This document shows positions 1 through 9,563 of a stretch of 64,000 bases of DNA, piece by piece. Location: contig OZ242311.1 in the NCBI GenBank assembly GCA_965207885.1, forward strand, positions 5,216,001-5,280,000. Reading direction: 5' to 3'. The stretch comes from Candidatus Latescibacterota bacterium. Lineage in GTDB: Bacteria > Latescibacterota > UBA2968. Each line of letters opens with the position of its first letter. The stretch's first letter is position 1. The notes under the pieces were generated by a model. It searched no databases, was not told the origin of the DNA, and saw only the letters and a list, made by a program, of their open reading frames with translations. Made by a program: the position numbers and the translations under genes.

Positions 1-2
1 GA

Positions 3-92
3 GCCGTGCTGAAAGGCGATAAAATTCGCATCGGCTGGACACCAACAGACTGCCGGGTACTCGACCCGGACGACGAGGAGGAAATGACATGA
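3..92 (+). CDS. 3' end of ABC transporter ATP-binding subunit (PotA-like, TOBE tail), partial
   Basis: Frame reads AVLKGDKIRIGWTPTDCRVLDPDDEEEMT*, resembling PotA/MalK C-termini; stop overlaps the next ATG (ATGA); precedes SBP and permease genes. Confidence 0.7.
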   Translation, partial: AVLKGDKIRIGWTPTDCRVLDPDDEEEMT

Positions 93-1192
93 ATACCAAA
101 CAGAGAAAGACATTATGCACCGCGATAATAACCGCGCTGGCGATGTTGACTCTGGGCTGTGATTTTTCGGAAGACCGACCGCTGACTGTGGTCTCCTGGG
201 GCGGATCTTATGCGCGCGCCTGCGTCAAAGGCTACCACGAGGCATTCACCGCTGAAACAGGCATTAAAATCAACCTCGAAGACTACAACGGCGGGCTGGC
301 ACAAATCCGCGCACAGATTCAGGCGGGCAATGTGCATTGGGACGTCGTCGATTTGAGATTCCCGACATGGGCGCAAGGCTGCGATGAGGGTCTGCTCGAA
401 CACGTTGAGATCGACTCGCTGCCACCGGGAGCCGACGGAACGCCTGCGGAAGAGGATTTTCTGTTCGGGACATCTACAGACTGTGGCGTAGCAACACTGT
501 TTTACTCCACCATATACGCGTACAACAAGGAGAATATCCCGGGCGAAAAACCCACCACAATAGCCGATTTCTTTGACCTCGAAAAATTCCCCGGACGACG
601 GGGCATGCGCCGCTCTCCCCAGGAGAACCTGGAATTCGCACTGATCGCCGACGGCGTACCGCTCAACAAGGTATATACCACCCTCGACACGCCCGAAGGC
701 GTGGATCGCGCCTTCCGCAAGCTGGGCACCATCAAAGACCACATCGTATGGTGGGAAGCCGGGGCACAGCCACCGCAGATGCTCGCCGATGGCGAGGTGG
801 TCATGACCACGGCTTACAACGGGCGCATCTTCAATGCTCAGGTATTGGAAGATCAGCCCTTTGTCATCGTGTGGGACGGACAAATACTGGATCTATCTGG
901 TCTCGCCATTGTCGCGGGAACGCCGAATCTCGAAGCCGCAAAGAAATTTCTCAATTTCGCCTCAACAGCGGGGGCCATGGCCGGTGTCGGTAGCTACATT
1001 GCCTACAGCCCCACGCGCCACTCTGCGGAGGCACTGATATCGAAACATGCCGAAAAGGACATCGATATGAAACCCCACATGCCCAACAGTCCGCAAAATT
1101 CTAAGCGCGCCCTGCGAAATGCCTGGGAATGGTGGAGCGTTCACATCGACGAAATGAACGAACGCTTCAGCACCTGGCTGGCTACTCAGTGA
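89..1192 (+). CDS. Polyamine/opine-type ABC substrate-binding lipoprotein (PotD/YdcS-like), copy 1
   Basis: Lipobox-like TLGC; LTVVSWGGSY, WDVVD and YNGRI motifs; upstream of PotB/C-like permeases. Confidence 0.9.
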   Translation: MNTKQRKTLCTAIITALAMLTLGCDFSEDRPLTVVSWGGSYARACVKGYHEAFTAETGIKINLEDYNGGLAQIRAQIQAGNVHWDVVDLRFPTWAQGCDEGLLEHVEIDSLPPGADGTPAEEDFLFGTSTDCGVATLFYSTIYAYNKENIPGEKPTTIADFFDLEKFPGRRGMRRSPQENLEFALIADGVPLNKVYTTLDTPEGVDRAFRKLGTIKDHIVWWEAGAQPPQMLADGEVVMTTAYNGRIFNAQVLEDQPFVIVWDGQILDLSGLAIVAGTPNLEAAKKFLNFASTAGAMAGVGSYIAYSPTRHSAEALISKHAEKDIDMKPHMPNSPQNSKRALRNAWEWWSVHIDEMNERFSTWLATQ

Positions 1193-1248
1193 GGAATATG
1201 TCTGAACACCTATAGACAGATCTTCTACTCAAATGAGGAGGAAATAAC

Positions 1249-2355
1249 TTGAAGTGGAAAAACAAGTGTAAAACGGCGTTTTATCTAACTGTACTGACCG
1301 CGCTGGCGATATGGACCTCAGGTCTTGCAACTGCCAACGATAGACCTCTGACCGTGGTCTCCTGGGGCGGATCTTATGCACGCGCCTGCGTCAAAGGCTA
1401 CCACGAAGCGTTCACCGCTGAAACAGGCATTAAAATCAACCTCGAAGACTACAACGGCGGGCTGGCACAAATCCGCGCACAGGTCGAATCGGGCAATGTG
1501 CATTGGGACGTCGTCGATATGGAAATTCCCGACATGGTGCGAGGCTGTGACGAGGGCCTGCTCGAACCCATCCCGGTAAACTCGCTGCCAGCGGGAGCCG
1601 ATGGAACACCTGCGTCACAGGATTTTCCGATCGGAACGATGACGGATTGCGGTCCGGCAACGATATTTTACTCCACCGTATATGCGTACAACGAAGAGAA
1701 TATCCCGGGTGAAAAACCCACCACAATGGCCGACTTCTTTGACCTCGAAAAATTCCCCGGACGCAGGGGCATGCGCCGCTCACCCCTGGTGAACCTGGAA
1801 TTCGCGCTAATCGCCGACGGCGTACCGCTCAACAAAGTATATCCCACGCTCAATACACCCGAAGGCGTGGACCGCGCCTTTCGCAAGTTAGACACCATCA
1901 AAGACCACATCGTATGGTGGGAAGCCGGGGCACAGCCGCCGCAGATGCTCGCCGATGGCGAAGTCGTGATGTCCACAGCCTACAACGGACGCATCTTCAA
2001 TGCCCAGGTATTGGAAGATCAACCCTTTGTCATCGTGTGGGACGGACAAATACTGGACACAGGCGGGCTTGTCATTGTCGCTGGAACGAAGAACCTCGAA
2101 GCCGCAAAGAAATTTCTCCATTTCGCCGCAACAGCGAAAGCCATAGCTGGCGTCGGCCGTTACATCGCCTACAGCCCCACGCGTATCTCCGCAGAGGCAC
2201 TGATATCGACGCACGCCGAGAAAGGTGTGGAAATGAACCCCCACATGCCCAACAGCCCGCAAAATTCTAAGCGCGCCCTGAGAAATTCCTGGGAATGGTG
2301 GAGCGATCACATCGACGAAATGAACGAGCGCTTCAGCGCCTGGTTGGCGCAGTGA
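1249..2355 (+). CDS. Polyamine/opine-type ABC substrate-binding protein, copy 2 (tandem paralogue)
   Basis: TTG start after GAGGAGG; highly similar to copy 1 beyond a different signal peptide. Confidence 0.9.
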   Translation: MKWKNKCKTAFYLTVLTALAIWTSGLATANDRPLTVVSWGGSYARACVKGYHEAFTAETGIKINLEDYNGGLAQIRAQVESGNVHWDVVDMEIPDMVRGCDEGLLEPIPVNSLPAGADGTPASQDFPIGTMTDCGPATIFYSTVYAYNEENIPGEKPTTMADFFDLEKFPGRRGMRRSPLVNLEFALIADGVPLNKVYPTLNTPEGVDRAFRKLDTIKDHIVWWEAGAQPPQMLADGEVVMSTAYNGRIFNAQVLEDQPFVIVWDGQILDTGGLVIVAGTKNLEAAKKFLHFAATAKAIAGVGRYIAYSPTRISAEALISTHAEKGVEMNPHMPNSPQNSKRALRNSWEWWSDHIDEMNERFSAWLAQ

Positions 2356-2380
2356 GAGAGGTATCGCGGTGTACTAAAAA

Positions 2381-3595
2381 ATGAAACCAAATATAGACAT
2401 CAAAACCACCATCCTTCGTCCGCGGCTGCGCGCTACGGGACTGGTATTGCCGCTGCTGGCATTCATCGGCGTCACCTTTATCGCGCCGCTGGCGACAATG
2501 CTCGTACACAGTGTGTACGATCCCACAGTAGGCAATGCCCTGCCCGAAACTCTCAAACTGCTGAGGGAATGGGATGGAAAGAGCATACCCGACGAAGCAG
2601 TGTATGCAACGGCTGCGCGCGAGCTATTAAAAGCGCGCAAAGATCGCTCACTGGGTCGGGTCGCCACCCGAGTCAACCGCGTGCATCCGGGCCTGCGCAG
2701 TGTTTTCACGCGCAGCGCGAGATCGTTGCAAAACGTCCGAGAAGGTCCTTATCGCGATGCCATGATCGGCCTTAATACCGCATGGGGCGATGTACAAACC
2801 TGGCACGCGATCCGCAGTGCTGGAGATCGTTACACCACGCGGCACTATCTCAATGCCCTCGACCTGCAACCCCTGCCCGACGGATCCATCGCTCGCCAGC
2901 CCCCAGAGCGCCGCATCTACCTGTCCCTCTTGTGGCGCACCTTTATCGTGAGCCTGAGCATCACCGCGATCTGCCTGCTGCTCGGCTACCCCATCGCCCA
3001 CCTGATCGCGCATTCGCCTCCGCGCATTGCAAACCTGCTCCTCATCCTCGTACTCGTGCCCTTCTGGACATCGCTCCTCGTGAGAACCACATCCTGGATC
3101 GTACTGCTCCAGACCCAGGGCGTAATCAACGACTTGCTCGTCACAATTGGGCTGATCGGCGACGACGGACGCCTCGCCATGATATACAACATGACTGGCA
3201 CACTGGTGGCAATGACCCATGTGCTCCTGCCCTTTATGATCCTGCCTCTTTATTCGATCATGCGCGCCATCCCACCGAGCCAGATGAGTGCCGCTGCATC
3301 GCTGGGTGCAAACTCCTTTCAGTCATTTTGGCGCGTGTACTGGCCACAGACTCTCCCCGGCGTAGGTGCCGGATCACTGCTGGTATTCATCCTCGCCATA
3401 GGCTACTACATCACCCCCGCTCTGGTAGGCGGCAGCACCGGGCAACTCATCTCCAACATGATCGCCTACCACATGCAGACCTCGCTCAACTGGAGCCTGG
3501 CCGGAGCACTTGGCGGCATCTTGCTGGTATGCGTGATCGCGCTCTATCTGCTCTACGACCGCATAGTCGGCATTGACCGCATGAAATTGGGCTAA
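2381..3595 (+). CDS. ABC permease, PotB-like
   Basis: LLGYPIA, PFWTSLLVRT, EAA-loop equivalent AAASLGA, YYITPALVGG. Confidence 0.9.
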   Translation: MKPNIDIKTTILRPRLRATGLVLPLLAFIGVTFIAPLATMLVHSVYDPTVGNALPETLKLLREWDGKSIPDEAVYATAARELLKARKDRSLGRVATRVNRVHPGLRSVFTRSARSLQNVREGPYRDAMIGLNTAWGDVQTWHAIRSAGDRYTTRHYLNALDLQPLPDGSIARQPPERRIYLSLLWRTFIVSLSITAICLLLGYPIAHLIAHSPPRIANLLLILVLVPFWTSLLVRTTSWIVLLQTQGVINDLLVTIGLIGDDGRLAMIYNMTGTLVAMTHVLLPFMILPLYSIMRAIPPSQMSAAASLGANSFQSFWRVYWPQTLPGVGAGSLLVFILAIGYYITPALVGGSTGQLISNMIAYHMQTSLNWSLAGALGGILLVCVIALYLLYDRIVGIDRMKLG

Positions 3596-3596
3596 C

Positions 3597-4424
3597 ATGA
3601 TCTCGACACAACACATTGGCCGGGTCGCGTACCTGGCCTCCTGTACCCTGATCTTCGCATTCTTAATCGCGCCAATTCTGGTGATCGTACCCCTGAGCTT
3701 CAATTCCGAACCCTACTTCACCTTCACCGAAGGCATGCTGCGCCTGGACGCCGAAGCGTATTCTCTGCGCTGGTATCGACAAATCATCGAAAACGAACTG
3801 TGGACGCGCGGGCTGATCAACAGCCTGATCATCGGCATCGCTTCTACCGCGCTGGCAACTGCGCTGGGCACACTCGCTGCGCTGGGTCTATCCAGCCCCG
3901 CCATGCCCGGTCGTCGCATCGCAATGGCGCTATTGATCTCGCCGATGGTCACGCCAGTGATCATCTCCGCGGCGGGCATGTTCTTTTTTTACTCAACCCT
4001 GGGCCTCGCACAAACCCACATCGGATTGATCCTATCCCACGCCGCACTGGGCACGCCATTTGTCGTAATCACTGTAACCGCTACCCTATCCGCCTTTGAT
4101 ACAAACCTGACGCGCGCTGCCGCAAGCCTTGGTGCCTCACCGATCCTCACGTTTCGCAGAGTACAACTGCCGCTAATCGCACCGGGCGTTATTTCTGGCG
4201 CGCTCTTCGCATTTGCAACATCTTTTGACGAAGTAGTAGTCGTCCTTTTCATGGGCGGTATAGAACAGCGCACCATTCCGCGCCAGATGTGGGCGGGCAT
4301 CCGCGAGCAAATCAGCCCGACCATCCTCGCCGTCGCAACATTTTTGATCGCCTTCGCCGTGTTGCTACTGCTCACCGTCGAATGGCTGCGCCGACGCTCC
4401 GCCACCTCTTCTCAAGCAGACTGA
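3597..4424 (+). CDS. ABC permease, PotC-like
   Basis: PLSFN, SLRWY, AAASLGA, FATSFDEVVV motifs. Confidence 0.9.
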   Translation: MISTQHIGRVAYLASCTLIFAFLIAPILVIVPLSFNSEPYFTFTEGMLRLDAEAYSLRWYRQIIENELWTRGLINSLIIGIASTALATALGTLAALGLSSPAMPGRRIAMALLISPMVTPVIISAAGMFFFYSTLGLAQTHIGLILSHAALGTPFVVITVTATLSAFDTNLTRAAASLGASPILTFRRVQLPLIAPGVISGALFAFATSFDEVVVVLFMGGIEQRTIPRQMWAGIREQISPTILAVATFLIAFAVLLLLTVEWLRRRSATSSQAD

Positions 4425-4431
4425 GGTCAAA

Positions 4432-5754
4432 ATGGCCGATTTACAGACAACAGTACGCGATATTTTGATCTTTATCCAGGATCGGTTGTATTTTAACCGG
4501 GCAGACCTGGAGATCGAAGGACAAAAACACAATGCCGCTTTGCTGCTCAGCGCCCTGACGGGATTATTAGGAGGCAAAATTCTGATCGTGGGCGAACCCG
4601 GCCTGGGCAAAACAACATCGGCTGAATATATCGGAGCGCTACTATATCGCATGCCATTGGGGGCTGTGTGGGAAGCCGAAGTAAGTGGCCATCCCGAACA
4701 GACCGAAGAAAAAATTGTCGGGCGCCCAAACCTCGGCGCACTCAACCGCGGCGAAGAAGATGTGGTGTGGTCGGCATTTTCCGTCCTACCCGTCAAAGTC
4801 GTAGATGAAATCAACCGCCTGCCGGAAACCAAGCAGAGCTTGATCCTCAATGGCGTGGATCGCGGCAACTGGTCCTACTTGAACCAGATGCAAATCAACG
4901 ATGAATACTGTTTGTTCGCAACGGCCAACTATCAGGACCGCGGAACAAATACCATCGTTGTCCCCCTTTTGGATCGCTTTGACGTAATGGTGGAATCCAA
5001 ATATCCGGGCGCGAATTTGTCCTGGATGATCGGCACCGAATCCTCTCCTGCACATCTCCTGCGAGATCCCCAACGCGAGCAAGCACTCCAGGCCTGTCTG
5101 GTCAACCCCAACGCCGAAGCAGAGATAGAAGAGATTTGCGAAGATTATGGAAAAGCGATCTCTGAGCGTTTGTCCGTACCAACCCTGGGGAGAACTGAAC
5201 GCGAAACGATTCGCAGTGAAATGAGCGCATTGCCTTTCCAGGCCGATGCCAGTGCCTATATTCGAACCTTTTTGGCCGAACTGTCTTTCTGCTGCAAATA
5301 CGGACAAAAACGCACAAATGAAGTCTGTGGCGAAGGCTGTCATTACACGGGCTACCTGTGTTATGAAGTACAAACATGCCCGTCCAATCGCCTGCCCATC
5401 TCCATCCGGCGCTACGCACAGGCACTCGCCTGGGTGCTGCGCGACAAAGAAGTGGATATCGAACATATCCGCACGATATTGCCATACACCTGTGCTCACC
5501 GCATCCAATGGCGAGATGAGGAAGAAACGCGAGACCACCGGGATGATGTATTGCCCATTCACAGAGCGCGAGAAGCGGTGCGACAAGTCTTTCGGCGCTA
5601 CACCGAGCAAAGCGAGCGCATCCAAACAGCTCTGGTAACTGCCAATCGCATCTTGAGTGGCGCCGACGAGAAACCCATTCAGGGCGAACACCCCATTTAC
5701 ATGGAAATTATGCGAGATCTGGGACAAGAGCCTGTACGTCCAGAATTTTCGTAA
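4432..5754 (+). CDS. MoxR-like AAA+ ATPase
   Basis: Walker A GEPGLGKT, Walker B VVDEINR, sensor FATAN, Arg finger LLDRF; VWA gene two ORFs downstream. Confidence 0.85.
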   Translation: MADLQTTVRDILIFIQDRLYFNRADLEIEGQKHNAALLLSALTGLLGGKILIVGEPGLGKTTSAEYIGALLYRMPLGAVWEAEVSGHPEQTEEKIVGRPNLGALNRGEEDVVWSAFSVLPVKVVDEINRLPETKQSLILNGVDRGNWSYLNQMQINDEYCLFATANYQDRGTNTIVVPLLDRFDVMVESKYPGANLSWMIGTESSPAHLLRDPQREQALQACLVNPNAEAEIEEICEDYGKAISERLSVPTLGRTERETIRSEMSALPFQADASAYIRTFLAELSFCCKYGQKRTNEVCGEGCHYTGYLCYEVQTCPSNRLPISIRRYAQALAWVLRDKEVDIEHIRTILPYTCAHRIQWRDEEETRDHRDDVLPIHRAREAVRQVFRRYTEQSERIQTALVTANRILSGADEKPIQGEHPIYMEIMRDLGQEPVRPEFS

Positions 5755-5776
5755 TTCCAACTTGACAGAGCCAGAC

Positions 5777-6553
5777 ATGCGACAAAACCCATTTCGAGAA
5801 TTTGACCGGATTGCACCATCCGATTTGAACCCTGAAAACGCAGAACGCGTCAACGGCTTACTATCTCCAAAGCGCAATCCCTTCGCCGAATTTGTCGAAG
5901 ATGCACACAAAAAGCGCGCCCTGCCCATGGATGAAATTCTCGCATCTCACACCGAGACAATGGATCGGTTAACAGCAGCTTATCGCTCACTGATCGACGA
6001 ATGCGTCGGCGAGGGACTCTGGCAAGCCGACCGCAAAACCATTGAATCGACCTATGCTGCGGCATCGCAGATGGTGGGACAAATCGATTGGGAAATGACC
6101 GATATCGAAGCGTTTTGCGCGCACGCCTTGCAAAGCAATGACACGGCTTTCTTTGTCATGGAACCCCTCGGCTTGTTCTTATCGGCCTTTTGCAACGCAT
6201 CGTCCCAGTCGGATATTCATCTCGATCTCACGGGTCACGACTTGCGCCTATCCCTTATGGGATATCGCCTTCGCAAAGACATCACACTGACAATTGTGGG
6301 AGACCTGGGCGACCTCACGGGCATTTCGCTCATGGGAGGCTGTCTGAAGATCGAGGGAAATGTCCGACATTATCTGGGCGCGGGTATGATCGACGGACGG
6401 ATTGAAGTCTCGGGAGACGCGGGCAGATCCATCGGAGAACAAATGCGAGCCGGCGAAATCCACATTGGCGGACGCCTGGGAGGTGTGGGCAATACCGAAG
6501 GCGGCGCGATTTATCACCGCGAACAAATGCTCAGAGGAACAAAAACAAAATGA
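5777..6553 (+). CDS. Protein with C-terminal GXGXG beta-helix (FwdC / glutamate synthase C-terminal-like)
   Basis: Repeating G-x-x-M-x-x-G-x-I-x-I-x-G units (GISLMGGCLKIEGN, GAGMIDGRIEVSGD, GEQMRAGEIHIGG); ATG 5777 chosen to avoid the overlap with the MoxR gene. Confidence 0.75.
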   Translation: MRQNPFREFDRIAPSDLNPENAERVNGLLSPKRNPFAEFVEDAHKKRALPMDEILASHTETMDRLTAAYRSLIDECVGEGLWQADRKTIESTYAAASQMVGQIDWEMTDIEAFCAHALQSNDTAFFVMEPLGLFLSAFCNASSQSDIHLDLTGHDLRLSLMGYRLRKDITLTIVGDLGDLTGISLMGGCLKIEGNVRHYLGAGMIDGRIEVSGDAGRSIGEQMRAGEIHIGGRLGGVGNTEGGAIYHREQMLRGTKTK

Positions 6554-8073
6554 ACTTCAACGACATCATCCAGCGCGTTTGGCCCGCTGTTCGCAAGCGC
6601 CATCTATTTCCCGAATTGCCGACGCCAGAAGTAATCGAAACAGGCGACGAAGCCGCGAGCATTCAAATGACGGACAAAGTAATCCAATTGAATGCCAATC
6701 GACTAACCGCCCTCGCGCAAGTAATGGACATAGAAGACGCCACCTCTGCACTACTGGATCACGGCGTGGGGCATCACACCGTTTGTCCCTGGGATTTTGA
6801 GACGCATTTAAAGCTATATGCCGCGCTCAAACCCGTGTTATTGGATGGAGCACTGGTCAAGCAGGTAGTCGAATATTTCTCGGACGTGGTGGTCGATACC
6901 CATGCCGTGCGCGAGCGCGAATCGAAATTGCCCGAAGTGTATCGCCAGGCTGAATCGAGTGAAGTGACAGACGTAATTCGGGCATTGTATCAGCGTCTCT
7001 GGGGAGAAAATTTGGGCGTGGAAGATCGCGGCGAAGTAGATCGGCTCGCCCGCATACCCTATCTGGACGCCTCACAGTGGGGCGATAGTCTTCGATCATT
7101 TGCACAGGTAATTGCCCCGTTGATCCAAAAAGAAATGGACGATGGAAATGGACAGGGTGGCATGATGGGCGATACCCAGCAGTATTCCGCAGGCGAACTC
7201 GCGGAGGGAATGGCGCAATTTGCCGAGCAGGGATTTTACGCCTTTCGAGAAATGGTGCGCGATTTTGCCGACGAGCTACAAGACGCCAACATGATGCCCG
7301 ATATGGGCCGGGGCAAAGGCACGCCCTCGGATGCCGACCTCTTGTTTTACATGGCGCGCGCATCCGCATTTCGCCTGCCCGTACAAACCATGCCCCTGGA
7401 AAAAGTGGGCGGATTACATCCGCATTCACATTCGCCCTGGGAAATTGGCAAACCCGTTCAGCACATCGATGTATGGACGAGTTTTGGGCGCGTCATGCCG
7501 GGCATTTCCCAGATGTGGAACTGGCGAGATGGCGAAACCCACGGCGATGGCGATGGCATACCCGATTGTGTGGTCATTGTCGATTCCTCGGGCAGTATGG
7601 TCGATCCGTGTCGGGAAATATCCCACGCCGTCTTAGGCGCCGGATGCGCCGCCGATGCGTATTTGCGACGGGGCAAGCGCGTGGCTGTTTACAATTTTAG
7701 CGATGCACAGGCCGGCGGGAAAGAAGTGCTGGATTTCTCAAGAGATCGCAAGCGCGTATTCTTTGCACTGTGCCGCTACTTCGGAGGTGGAACAGCATTG
7801 CATCTGCCGGATCTGGAACCCCTCCTCAAAAATCATGTGGATATTTTTCTCATAACAGATATGCAGATCACCAACCTCGATGCACTGATGCAATTTCTGA
7901 TCCAAAAAGAAAATCGGGTAACCGCTGTTCACGTAGCGCAAAACCGGGATGCCCAACGATTTCGCCAGCGGGCTGCTGCTGCGGATCACATCTGTGTTTA
8001 TGCAGTTGAACGCACAGAGGATATTCCAGATATTGTAATATCTGAAGTAAAAACGCGATTTCAGGCTATTTAG
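6550..8073 (+). CDS. VWA-domain protein with N-terminal metallopeptidase-like region
   Basis: MIDAS DSSGS, GGGT, ITD; N-terminal DHGVGHH resembles HExxH with Glu replaced by Gly; ATGA-coupled to the previous gene. Confidence 0.8.
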   Translation: MNFNDIIQRVWPAVRKRHLFPELPTPEVIETGDEAASIQMTDKVIQLNANRLTALAQVMDIEDATSALLDHGVGHHTVCPWDFETHLKLYAALKPVLLDGALVKQVVEYFSDVVVDTHAVRERESKLPEVYRQAESSEVTDVIRALYQRLWGENLGVEDRGEVDRLARIPYLDASQWGDSLRSFAQVIAPLIQKEMDDGNGQGGMMGDTQQYSAGELAEGMAQFAEQGFYAFREMVRDFADELQDANMMPDMGRGKGTPSDADLLFYMARASAFRLPVQTMPLEKVGGLHPHSHSPWEIGKPVQHIDVWTSFGRVMPGISQMWNWRDGETHGDGDGIPDCVVIVDSSGSMVDPCREISHAVLGAGCAADAYLRRGKRVAVYNFSDAQAGGKEVLDFSRDRKRVFFALCRYFGGGTALHLPDLEPLLKNHVDIFLITDMQITNLDALMQFLIQKENRVTAVHVAQNRDAQRFRQRAAAADHICVYAVERTEDIPDIVISEVKTRFQAI

Positions 8074-8147
8074 CCTGTACACGTCCCGCACAGATCTGCC
8101 GGGACAGACCTGGCAGGCGGACATTTACCTATTATCCAGGAGAAAAC

Positions 8148-8846
8148 ATGAAGCGTCTTTTTGCAGTATTCATTGCCACTGGCTTATTGGGTTGCCAGAC
8201 TCAGGAAAAACCCCAATTTGTAGAAGTCAACCTCGAGGACAAGCAACACAAGCTGAGTTATGCACTCGGCTTAAATCTGTCTGAGCAATTGAAAAAGCAG
8301 CAGGGCATGGCAATTGATCTGGATGTATTTGTACAGGGATTCAAAGATGGTTATAGCGGGGAATCCCCCCTGCTTTCCTCAGACGAAGCACTAAAAACTC
8401 TAATCGAGATACAGGAAGAACAAAGGGCACAACAACTTGCGGAGAAAAACAAAATGGCAGCAGAAAACAAAAAAGCCGGCGAGGCTTTCCTCGCGGAAAA
8501 CAGGAAAAAAGAAGGCGTGATGACATTGGACAGCGGCTTGCAATACAAAGTGATCAAAGCCGGTGATGGACCGAAACCCAAAAAAACCGACTCAGTAGTA
8601 TGCCACTATCGCGGAACATTGCTTGACGGCACGGAATTTGACAGTTCTTACAGCCGCGGAGAACCAGCGCAATTTCGCGTCGATCAACTCATTCCCGGCT
8701 GGACAGAAGCCCTGCAACTCATGCCCGCGGGATCGAAATGGGAACTCTATATTCCATCCTATCTGGCTTATGGCGCGCGGCAAGCCGGGCAAATTAGCCC
8801 CAATTCAACGCTTGTATTCGAATTGGAATTGCTCGAGATCAAGTAG
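8148..8846 (+). CDS. FKBP-type peptidyl-prolyl isomerase (FkpA/Mip-like lipoprotein)
   Basis: LLGC lipobox, SYALG, SGLQY, HYRGTLLDGTEFDSS, IPGWTEAL. Confidence 0.95.
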   Translation: MKRLFAVFIATGLLGCQTQEKPQFVEVNLEDKQHKLSYALGLNLSEQLKKQQGMAIDLDVFVQGFKDGYSGESPLLSSDEALKTLIEIQEEQRAQQLAEKNKMAAENKKAGEAFLAENRKKEGVMTLDSGLQYKVIKAGDGPKPKKTDSVVCHYRGTLLDGTEFDSSYSRGEPAQFRVDQLIPGWTEALQLMPAGSKWELYIPSYLAYGARQAGQISPNSTLVFELELLEIK

Positions 8847-8852
8847 CGGGAA

Positions 8853-9563
8853 TTGGTTTTGAAGCTGGACATCCTGTATCGCGACGACGACCTGGTCGCC
8901 ATTCAAAAACCGTGTGGCTGGTTTGTACACCAGACCCACCTGGACAGGTCGGCCATGTGTTGCATGCCCGTATTGCGAAATCAACTCGGGCAGTGGGTTT
9001 ATCCGGTTCACCGCCTGGACCGCGGGACATCGGGCGTTGTGCTATTCGCACTTCACCCTGAAATCGCACGCACATTGGGTGCTGCATTTTCAGCGCGACA
9101 AATAAAAAAAGAATACCTATCCGTAGTGCGCGGGTACTTGCCAGACAAAGGGCGGATACACCACGCCTATCGCCCGCCCAACACATCGTCGCCCGTCGAA
9201 GCCATCACCGATTTCCACTGCGAAGGCACTGTTGAATTACCATACCCCGTGGGGCGATATGAAACCGCGCGATATTCGCTCATGCGCGCAATGCCAGTAA
9301 CAGGTCGGCAACATCAGATCCGCCGCCACTGTGCGCATCTGCGCCACCCAATCATCGGCGATGTGCGCTATGGCGACCGCCATCACAATCAATTTTTTCA
9401 ATCCCATTTTGAAATTAGCCGATTGCTACTAATGGCTACCCGCATCGGTTTTGCACACCCCACATCGGGAACATGGACCGAAATCTCCGCGCCAATTCCC
9501 GGCCCAATTCAGCGCTTATGCCAGCAATTTGGCTGGGAATCTGATCTGGAGGACAAATTATGA
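8853..9563 (+). CDS. truC: tRNA pseudouridine synthase, TruC-like (RluA family)
   Basis: HRLDRGTSG catalytic motif, TGRQHQIRRH, HPIIGD, YPVGRYETARYS. Confidence 0.8.
   Translation: MVLKLDILYRDDDLVAIQKPCGWFVHQTHLDRSAMCCMPVLRNQLGQWVYPVHRLDRGTSGVVLFALHPEIARTLGAAFSARQIKKEYLSVVRGYLPDKGRIHHAYRPPNTSSPVEAITDFHCEGTVELPYPVGRYETARYSLMRAMPVTGRQHQIRRHCAHLRHPIIGDVRYGDRHHNQFFQSHFEISRLLLMATRIGFAHPTSGTWTEISAPIPGPIQRLCQQFGWESDLEDKL

Noticed and set aside
4786-5928. 380-aa minus-strand ORF and similar long antisense ORFs
   Set aside because: Shadows of well-supported + strand genes
5777-6553. Formylmethanofuran dehydrogenase or glutamate synthase pathway
   Set aside because: Only the beta-helix repeat is present, with no partner subunits in the window
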